Assembly: GCA_963713785.1 (NCBI GenBank)
Contig: CAVQNB010000001.1
Coordinates: 108,191-172,190, forward strand
Direction of reading: 5' to 3'
Length of the DNA: 64,000 bases
Source of the DNA: an uncultured Alphaproteobacteria bacterium
Lineage (GTDB): Bacteria > Pseudomonadota > Alphaproteobacteria > Rhizobiales > Xanthobacteraceae
Part shown: piece by piece, positions 56,521 through 64,000 of the stretch
Numbering within the stretch: the stretch's first letter is position 1
Layout of the letters: every line of letters begins with the position of its first letter
Made by a program: the position numbers and the translations under genes
Notes under the pieces: generated by a model
Databases searched by the model: none
What the model was told of the DNA's origin: nothing
Seen by the model: only the letters and a program-made list of their open reading frames with translations

Positions 56521-57957
56521 ATGCGCTACCTGCCGATATTCCTCGATCTGCAAACCGGCCCGGTGCTTCTGCTCGGCGCCGGCGAACTGGTGCGGGCGAA
56601 ACTGCGCCTGCTCACCGCAGCTGGGGCGCGCATCCGCTGGTACGCAACCGACGGCGATCATGATGTCAGCGGACTTGATGCTGCCGATGCGGCGCGAATT
56701 CAGTTCGCGCAAGGCGATCCGTTGAAGGCTGATCTCACCGGTGTGATTGCGATCCTCTGCGCGGGCGCCGGCGATATCGGCGTGGCGATGTCGCTACGCG
56801 CCAAGTCGGTCGGCTTGCCCGTCAATGTGATGGACGACCTGGTACATTCGACCTTCATCTTTCCGGCGATCGTCGATCGCGGCGATGTGGTGGTCGCGGT
56901 CGGCACCGGCGGATCGTCGCCGGTCGTCGCGCGCCGCGTGCGCGAGCGCATTGAGGCGCTGCTGCCGGCGCGCATCGGCGATCTCGCGACCTTCATCGCC
57001 CGCTTCCGCAAATCGATCCACGGCCGCATCGGCGAAATGGCGCTGCGGCGCCGGTTCTGGGAGCGTGTGATCGATGGTCCGATCGGCGCGCTGGTGCTCG
57101 AAGGCCGCAACGACGAGGCTGAAACCGCGCTCAACGACATTGCCGATCCTTCCGCCTTCGCCGGCGCGCAAGGTTCGGGGGAGACCTTAGGCCATGTGAC
57201 GCTGGTCGGCGCCGGCCCGGGCGATCCTGATCTGCTCACGATCAAGGCGCTGCGCGCGTTGCAGGATGCCGACGTCGTGTTCTACGACGAACTGGTATCA
57301 CCGGAAATTCTCGACCGCATTCGCCGCGATGCGGCGCGCGTGCCGGTTGGCCGCCGCGTCGGCAAGCCCGGCATCGGACAAAGCGCGATCAATGCCCTGA
57401 TGATTGAAGCCGCCAAATCAGGCCAGCGCGCGGTGCGGCTCAAGGGCGGCGATCCCTTCGTATTCGGCCGCGGCGGCGAGGAAATCGCGGCGCTGCGCAA
57501 GGCGAAAGTCGCCTATTCGGTGGTGCCAGGCATAACGGCAGGCCTCGGCGGCGCCGCGCAATTCGAGGTGCCGCTGACCTATCGCCACGAAGCGCTGCGC
57601 ATCACGTTCTTGACCGCGCACAAGGCCAAGGATGCCGAGGCGGTCGATTGGTCGGTTCTGACCGACACCAAGATGACGGTCGTGGTCTATATGGGCATGA
57701 CCGCCGCGCCCTCGGTGCGCGCTGGCTTGCTCGCCGCCGGGCGCTCGCCGCAGACCCCGGTCGGCGTGTTCGCGCGGGTGACGCGGGCGGATGCGCAGGC
57801 CGCGGTCGGCCGGCTTGAAAACCTGCCGGCACTGGTCGAGAAAATCGACGGCGGTCCGGCCATTCTCATCATCGGCGACGTGGTCGCGCATTCCGCGCCC
57901 TGGCGCCAGCAAAACCTCAATCAAGTCATCTCCAAAATCCTGGAAGCTGCCGCATGA
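56521..57957 (+). CDS. cysG: Siroheme synthase
   Basis: MRYLPIFLDL, FIFPAIVDR, LVGAGPGDPDLLT, RLKGGDPFVFGRGGEE. Confidence 0.95.
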   Translation: MRYLPIFLDLQTGPVLLLGAGELVRAKLRLLTAAGARIRWYATDGDHDVSGLDAADAARIQFAQGDPLKADLTGVIAILCAGAGDIGVAMSLRAKSVGLPVNVMDDLVHSTFIFPAIVDRGDVVVAVGTGGSSPVVARRVRERIEALLPARIGDLATFIARFRKSIHGRIGEMALRRRFWERVIDGPIGALVLEGRNDEAETALNDIADPSAFAGAQGSGETLGHVTLVGAGPGDPDLLTIKALRALQDADVVFYDELVSPEILDRIRRDAARVPVGRRVGKPGIGQSAINALMIEAAKSGQRAVRLKGGDPFVFGRGGEEIAALRKAKVAYSVVPGITAGLGGAAQFEVPLTYRHEALRITFLTAHKAKDAEAVDWSVLTDTKMTVVVYMGMTAAPSVRAGLLAAGRSPQTPVGVFARVTRADAQAAVGRLENLPALVEKIDGGPAILIIGDVVAHSAPWRQQNLNQVISKILEAAA

Positions 57958-58271
57958 CCTCTCCGCTCGAACAAAAGAAAATCAAGATCACCGGCCCCTC
58001 CGTGGTGACGGCCAACCGCACCTGGGACGGCATCGTGGTCTATCGCACCGCTGCGCAGGGCTGGTCTGCGCAGCTTGCGGACGCTGCGATCGTCCGTAAC
58101 TCAGACGACGCCCGCGCGCTGCTTGCCGAATCCGTCGCCGACGACGTCGGCGCGGTCGGCGCCTACATCGCGCCGGTCGAAGTCAGGGAAGGCGGCACCA
58201 TCAGGCCGGGCAATCTGCGCGAACAGATCCGCGCGGCCGGCGTCACCATCGGCCTTCCGGTACAGGTTTAA
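57954..58271 (+). CDS. DUF2849 protein
   Basis: VVTANRTWDGIVVY, LREQIRAAG; typical position before cysI. Confidence 0.82.
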   Translation: MTSPLEQKKIKITGPSVVTANRTWDGIVVYRTAAQGWSAQLADAAIVRNSDDARALLAESVADDVGAVGAYIAPVEVREGGTIRPGNLREQIRAAGVTIGLPVQV

Positions 58272-58282
58272 GGGCATCGCTC

Positions 58283-59938
58283 ATGTACGCGTATGACGAA
58301 CTCGATCGCACCCTGATCAACGAGCGCGTCTCGGAATTTCGCGATCAGGTGAAGCGCCGTCTCTCGGGCGAGCTCACCGAGGACGAATTCAAGATGCTTC
58401 GCTTGCAGAACGGCGTCTATCTGCAACTGCACGCCTATATGTTCCGCGTCGCGATCCCCTACGGCACGCTGTCGTCGAAGCAATTGCGGCGCCTTGCGCA
58501 TGTCGCGCGGCGCTATGACCGCGGCTACGGCCACTTCACCACAAGGCAGAACATCCAGTTCAACTGGATCAAGCTCGCCGAATTGCCGGACGCGCTGGCC
58601 GACCTTGCCGAAGTCGGCATTCACGCCATGCAGACTTCAGGCAACAACACCCGCAATGTCACCTCGGACCAATGGGCCGGCGTCGCGCCGGGCGAGATCG
58701 AGGACCCGCGCATCTGGTCGGAGATTTTGCGGCAATACACCACGCTGCATCCGGAATTCTCGTTCCTGCCGCGCAAGTTCAAATTCGCAATCACCGCGTC
58801 CGCGCACGATCGTGCCGCGATCAAGATCCACGACATTGGGCTGCGCCTGCACAAGAACGAGCAAGGCGAGACCGGGTTCGAGGTGCTGGTCGGCGGCGGG
58901 CTCGGCCGCACCCCGTTCATCGGCAAGACCATCCGCCCCTTTGTCCATGGCCGCGATCTCCTCAGCTATGTCGAAGCGATCATGCGCGTCTATAACCAGT
59001 ACGGCCGCCGCGACAATATCTACAAGGCCCGCATCAAGATTTTGGTGCACGAGCTCGGCATCGAGCGCTTCGCGCAGGAAGTCGAGGAAGAGTGGCATCA
59101 GATCCGCGACGGCGCGCTGAAGCTCGATACCTCCGTGGTCGAGGAGATCCGCTCGCGCTTCACCTATCCGGACTACGAAAAGCTGCCGCATATGCCGGAC
59201 GAACTGCGCAAAGCCGCGCATGATCCGCATTTCGAGGCCTGGCGCCGCAACTCGGTGTTCCCGCACAAGGTCGCGGGCTATGCGATCGTGGCGCTGTCGC
59301 TAAAGCCGGTCGGCGGACCGCCGGGCGATGCCACCGCCGATCAGATGGATGCGCTCGCCGATCTCGCCGACAAATATTCCTTCGGCGAAATCCGCGTCGG
59401 CCACGAGCAGAACCTGGCGCTGCCGCATGTCGCACGGCGCGACCTGCCGTTGCTGTGGAAGGCGCTGGACAAGATCGGTCTTGCCACCCCGAACGTCAAT
59501 CTCGTGTCCGACATCATCGCCTGCCCGGGGCTCGACTATTGCTCGCTTGCGAATGCGCGCTCGATCCCGATCGCGCAGGAGTTGACGCGGCGCTTTTCCA
59601 ATCACGACACCGCCAATCTGATCGGGCGGCTGCACATCAACATCTCCGGCTGCATCAATGCCTGCGGCCATCACCACGTCGGCCATATCGGCATTCTGGG
59701 CGTCGAGAAGAACGGCGAGGAATTTTACCAGATCACGATCGGCGGCCGCGCCGACGAGAATGCCGAGGTCGGTACCTTGATCGGCCCTGCGGTGCCCTAT
59801 GCCGAAGTGGCCGATGTGATCGAGGATATTGTCGAAGCTTATCTCGCGCTGCGCGCCAATCCGGACGAGCTGTTCGTCGACACGGTAAAGCGGCTCGGCG
59901 TCGAACCATTCAGGGAGCGGGTTTATGCCACTCGTTAA
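58283..59938 (+). CDS. cysI: Sulfite/nitrite reductase hemoprotein
   Basis: RLQNGVYLQ, HFTTRQNIQ, LPRKFK, ACPGLDYC, SGCINACGHH. Confidence 0.94.
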   Translation: MYAYDELDRTLINERVSEFRDQVKRRLSGELTEDEFKMLRLQNGVYLQLHAYMFRVAIPYGTLSSKQLRRLAHVARRYDRGYGHFTTRQNIQFNWIKLAELPDALADLAEVGIHAMQTSGNNTRNVTSDQWAGVAPGEIEDPRIWSEILRQYTTLHPEFSFLPRKFKFAITASAHDRAAIKIHDIGLRLHKNEQGETGFEVLVGGGLGRTPFIGKTIRPFVHGRDLLSYVEAIMRVYNQYGRRDNIYKARIKILVHELGIERFAQEVEEEWHQIRDGALKLDTSVVEEIRSRFTYPDYEKLPHMPDELRKAAHDPHFEAWRRNSVFPHKVAGYAIVALSLKPVGGPPGDATADQMDALADLADKYSFGEIRVGHEQNLALPHVARRDLPLLWKALDKIGLATPNVNLVSDIIACPGLDYCSLANARSIPIAQELTRRFSNHDTANLIGRLHINISGCINACGHHHVGHIGILGVEKNGEEFYQITIGGRADENAEVGTLIGPAVPYAEVADVIEDIVEAYLALRANPDELFVDTVKRLGVEPFRERVYATR

Positions 59939-60440
59939 GAACGCAAAAATATCAGACGACGCCTTCGTCCATATCGCCGACGATGCGCCGCTGCCCAGTG
60001 ACGGCGCGATCCTGATTTCGGCCGCGCGGTTCCTCGAGGACCCCGATTTGATCTCGCGGCGGCTGGGCAAGACCGGTGTGGTCTGGCCGAACAACCGCAA
60101 CCTCGACGATCTCGTGCCCTATCTCGACCGCCTCGTGGTGGTGGCGCTGGTGTTTCCGACCTTCCGCGACGGCCGCGCCTATAGCCAGGCGCGCCTGTTG
60201 CGCGAACGCTTTCTCTATCGCGGCGAATTGCGCGCCACGGGCCAGGTGCTGCGCGACCAGTTCGTGTTCATGCTGCGCGCCGGCTTCGATGCGTTCGAGG
60301 TCAAGAAAGCGGCCGACGCCGAAGCCTTTGCCCAGACCGCCAAGCGTTACTCGGTGTTCTACCAGCCGACCGGCGATGGCCGCGTCACCGCGCTCAATCG
60401 TCGCATGCAGCTTCGCCATTCCGAAAGTGCCCGCCTATGA
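59925..60440 (+). CDS. DUF934 protein
   Basis: FPTFRDGRAYSQARLLR, GELRATG, RAGFDAF. Confidence 0.88.
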   Translation: MPLVKNAKISDDAFVHIADDAPLPSDGAILISAARFLEDPDLISRRLGKTGVVWPNNRNLDDLVPYLDRLVVVALVFPTFRDGRAYSQARLLRERFLYRGELRATGQVLRDQFVFMLRAGFDAFEVKKAADAEAFAQTAKRYSVFYQPTGDGRVTALNRRMQLRHSESARL

Positions 60441-61171
60441 ACGCGCTCGCGCAAGAGATTGCTCCGAAGACCGTGGCGGGTGGCCTGCCCGCGGCGGCGG
60501 AGCTCGATCGCGCGCTGCGCAATGCCTCGCCTAACGAAGTGATCACAACCGCGCTAAAAATCGTCGGCCGCGACAAGCTTGCTCTGGTGTCGTCCTTCGG
60601 CACCGAATTGGCGGCGCTGCTCAAGGTGATGGCGGATGTTGATCCCGCGATCCCTGTGGTTTTCCTCGATACCGGCTGGCTGTTCGAGGAGACGCTCGCC
60701 TATCGCGACACGCTGATCGCGGCACTTGGGCTTTCCGACGTGCGCTCGATCAAGCCGCTGGAAGAAACGCTGTCGCGCGAGGATCCGGACCGTGAATTGT
60801 GGTTTTCCGATCCCGACGCCTGCTGCCGCATCCGCAAAGTGGAGCCGCTGGCGCGGGCGCTAGAACCATTTTCCGCCTGGATCAACGGGCGCAAGCGGTT
60901 CCAGGGCGGGCTGCGTGCGGAAATTCCGGTCGTCGAGCAAGATGGCATCAGATTGAAATTCAATCCGTTCGCCAATGTCTCGCGCGAGGAGATCGAGGCG
61001 ATCTACAAGGCTGCCAAACTGCCGCAGCATCCATTGGTCGCATCGGGCTATCTCTCGGTCGGGTGTATGCCTTGCACCAGCCGGACCTCGCTAGACGAGG
61101 ACGCGCGCGCGGGCCGTTGGCGCGGCCGAGCGAAGACGGAATGCGGCATCCATACGGTGAAGACTTCGTAG
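60437..61171 (+). CDS. cysH: APS/PAPS reductase
   Basis: SSFG, FLDTG, CCRIRKVEPL, SVGCMPCT, RAGRW, TECGIH. Confidence 0.94.
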   Translation: MNALAQEIAPKTVAGGLPAAAELDRALRNASPNEVITTALKIVGRDKLALVSSFGTELAALLKVMADVDPAIPVVFLDTGWLFEETLAYRDTLIAALGLSDVRSIKPLEETLSREDPDRELWFSDPDACCRIRKVEPLARALEPFSAWINGRKRFQGGLRAEIPVVEQDGIRLKFNPFANVSREEIEAIYKAAKLPQHPLVASGYLSVGCMPCTSRTSLDEDARAGRWRGRAKTECGIHTVKTS

Positions 61172-61291
61172 CACAATGACGTTGCTGCGCGCGAAACAAC
61201 GAAATCCGGTTTCGTTGACTTAACGGCGTTTCATCCCGAGTTATGTCCGCACGCCTCGACGCCGATGTCGTCAAGGCAAATGGAGATAGAG

Positions 61292-61807
61292 ATGATCCGT
61301 CGTCTTCTGCCGCTCGTTGCAGGATTGTTGTGGGCAGGTTCGGCCTTCGCGGCCGACGTGACATTGCTTAATGTTTCATACGATCCGACGCGCGAACTCT
61401 ATGTCGACTTCAACAAGGCGTTCGCGAGCGCCTATCAAAAGGAAACCGGCAAGAGCGTCGAGATCAAGCAGTCGCATGGTGGTTCCGGCTCGCAGGCCCG
61501 CGCCGTGATTGACGGCCTGCAGGCCGATGTGGTCACGCTCGCGCTCGCCTACGACATCGACGCCATCGCGTCGAAAGGCCTGATCGCCGCCGACTGGCAG
61601 AAGCGGCTGCCGCTGAATGCCTCGCCCTACACCTCGACGATCGTGTTCCTGGTGCGCAAGGGAAATCCGAAAGCCGTCAAGGATTGGGACGATCTGATCA
61701 AGCCCGGCGTTAGCGTGATCACGCCCAACCCGAAGACTTCCGGCGGCGCGCGCTGGAATTATCTCGCCGCGTGGGGCTATGCCGAGAAGAAGTTCGGTTC
61801 TTCTGAG
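61292..61807 (+). pseudogene. sbp: Sulfate ABC binding protein, 5' half, interrupted by IS
   Basis: [59 protein letters not shown]; homology ends at the IS terminus. Confidence 0.9.
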
Positions 61808-61834
61808 CTTGACTTTGGCCAATTTTTACCGGGC

Positions 61835-62121
61835 TCATCGGCTGCGCGGGATGCGGAACATCGGATCATTTTCGACGATCTCATGAGCGCTCTCAAGCAT
61901 GAGTTTCATGCGGCCGAGGTTTCCGAAGGTTCGTCCACCGCCCCTTGACGTTTGACCAATAGAAGAGCTCGAAGCGATCGGTGTCCGGAATGGGACGCAG
62001 TCGTGCAACGGGGTTCGAGGTGCGACGGTCGAGAATCATAGTAACCGCCGCCACTCCTTTCCACGTCGTGCCGTGTGAACTGAGCAGCGATCTGGGCAAG
62101 CGTCGGGTCGGGTTTGGCCAT
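61835..62121 (-). CDS. IS passenger protein (~94 aa after two indels), DUF3024-like
   Basis: [25 protein letters not shown]|[36 protein letters not shown]|[31 protein letters not shown]. Confidence 0.6.
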
Positions 62122-62238
62122 GCGGTTCAATGTGCCGATTGCGCGCGCGCACGGGCGAGGCTTGATGAGCTGGCCGATTCGATTTGTCGCAGCCGCGACG
62201 AGATTGCCGCGATTCAGCGCGCTGATTCTACCGATGGG

Positions 62239-63623
62239 ATGCAACATTCCCATCTTCTCCCCAGCTCGTCCGGGTCTCCGCTGCCCGAGCGCTTCCTGTC
62301 TCGGCTCGCGGGGTTCGCCGATCTGTTCACGCGTCCGACCTGGTCGAACGTTCTGGTGCTGCTCGCCGGCGTCATCCTGGCGCCGGGCCGGCGCACCGTC
62401 ACGGCGGCGCTGCGCATCCTGGGGCGCGAACGCGATCCCGACTTCTGTACCTTCCACCGCATCCTCAACCGTGCAGCATGGTCGTCCCGGGCCGTGGCGC
62501 GCCAGCTGCTGATCCTGCTGGTCAAGGCCTTCGTGCCGTCCGGCGCGCCGGTGGTGATCGGGCTCGACGACACCATCGAACGGCGCTGGGGACGCCAAGA
62601 TCAGCGCCCGCGGCATCTATCGCGATCCGGTCCGCTCGTCCAAGGGACACTTCGTCAAAGCCAGCGGCCTGCGCTGGCTTTCCGCCATGCTGCTGGTGCA
62701 GGTGCCGTGGGCCGATCGCATCATGGCGCTGCCCTTTCTCACCCTGCTCGCTCCCTCCAAACGCTTCTATGCCGACAAGTCGCGCGCACCCAAGACGCTG
62801 CTCGATTGGGCCCGCCAGGCCGCCTTGCAAATCCATCGCTGGCTTCCCGATCGCTATATCGTCCTGGTCGCCGACAGTGCATTTGCGGCCATCGAATTCC
62901 TCGCCGCGGTGCGCAACCATGTCTGCGTCGTCACCCGCTTGCGGCTCGATGCCAACCTGTTCGACTTCCCGCCGCAAAAGCGCAAAGGCCGCGGCCGACC
63001 GCCGATCAAAGGCAAGCCCCTGAAAAAGCTCTCCGCCGTCCTCAAGGATCGCAAAGTCTCCTGGCAGCGCTACCGCGTCAGTCTCTGGTACGGCCGAACC
63101 AATCGCCTCGTCGAAATCGCCAGCGGCACCGCCATCTGGTATCGCGGCGGCGTGCCGCCGGTGCCGATCCGCTGGCTTCTCGTCCGCGATCCCAAAGGCG
63201 AGCTCGAACCGCAGGCTTTCCTCGCCACCGATCTCAACGCTCGTCCCTGCGACATCCTCGCCTGGTTCGTCAGTCGCTGGCAGGTCGAAGTCACATTCGA
63301 GGAAGTTCGCGCCCATCTCGGCGTCGAGACCCAGCGTCAGTGGTCCGACAAAGCAATTCTTCGCACCACGCCGGTCCTGCTTGGCATTGTTCTCCATCGT
63401 CACGCTCTGGGCACACGACCTCGCCAAATCACGAAAGCTCAAGCCGAGAACCGCCGCATGGTATCCAAAAGCCGTCCTGACCTTCAGCGACGCCATCGCA
63501 GCGGTTCGCCGCGAAATATGGCGCCATCAGATTTCTTTCATGTCCCGGCCGAGCCGAGACAGTATCGAAATTCCGCGCCATATCTGGCACCGCATGGAGA
63601 ATGCACTCGCCTACGCCGCCTAA
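62239..63623 (+). CDS. DDE transposase, IS701-like (indels near 62590 and 63380)
   Basis: VIGLDDTIERRWG, GIYRDPVRS, VLVADSAF, RLRLDANL, RWQVEVTFEEVRAHLG, WYPK..TFSD. Confidence 0.9.
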
Positions 63624-63885
63624 ATCGGCCAAAGTCAAGCTGAGAAGGTCAAAAACTTTACGATCTCAAGGGCACCAAAATATATAAGCTTTCTGGGGAG
63701 CTGGTCGGGCATCTCGCTAACGCGAGCGCGGCCGAAAGGCATCTGGACCGAGCAACGGACAGGCTTTTTCCAGCCTCCTGATTTGCCTAAAATCCATCCC
63801 CTTTCGGGCCGGCTTTCGCGCGTTCGCCCTTGCCGTCGACCGCAGGTTGCGCTTGGATGCTGACTGGTCTGGGGGGATCAGTGAC

Positions 63886-64000
63886 ATGCGTATTCTGGGA
63901 ATTGTGGCGCTAGCTAGGCGCCGCGCTGGGCGGCTGTGCGTCGAGTTCGGCAGACATTGCGCCGGCCTATGTCTCACCCGTCGCCTATCAAAGCTACACC
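63886..64000 (+). CDS. Hypothetical lipoprotein, 3'-partial (one indel near 63915)
   Basis: GGGGGG RBS-like tract; MRILGIVAL|GAALGGC-ASSSADIAPAYVSPVAYQSYT with lipobox LGGC. Confidence 0.55.
   Translation, partial: MRILGIVALARRRAGRLCVEFGRHCAGLCLTRRLSKLH

Larger units (their letters stand above)
61808..63639. mobile_element. IS701-like insertion sequence, 1832 bp, 18-bp TIRs, 5-bp target duplication CTGAG
   Basis: Left CTTGACTTTGGCCAATTT (61808-61825), right AAATCGGCCAAAGTCAAG (63622-63639), 1 mismatch; CTGAG at 61803-61807 and 63640-63644. Confidence 0.92.

Noticed and set aside
61808-61948. Novel C-terminal domain on Sbp (ORF 61265..61948)
   Set aside because: It is read-through into the IS left end, antisense to the passenger ORF.

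Overview
GC-rich alphaproteobacterial chromosome segment; gene content and order look Bradyrhizobium-like (Nitrobacteraceae), which is an inference. Left to right: end of a cytochrome c gene; a yej-type peptide ABC operon with two tandem Tat-exported binding proteins; NlpC/P60 and M17 peptidases; a small accessory patch with a 12-bp tandem repeat; a Tad/Cpa (Flp) pilus locus; cspA-infA-DEAD helicase; the urtABCDE-ureDABC-ureEFG urea operon; the general stress response locus (HWE kinase, ecfG, nepR, phyR) with nearby EcfG-promoter genes; an MCP; glcB; and a sulfate assimilation cluster whose sbp gene is interrupted by an IS701-like element. Many core genes carry single-base indels in clusters, most likely long-read consensus errors rather than true pseudogenes. 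Best candidates for under-described biology: (1) a DUF559/Vsr-like nuclease minigene bracketed by ~39-bp hairpin inverted repeats between ureB and ureC, in a window that also holds two other empty palindromic repeat families; (2) an IS701-like element carrying a divergent ~94-aa DUF3024-like passenger; (3) a split and relocated, possibly chimeric cpaB. Family assignments come from motif recognition only; no database search was run.
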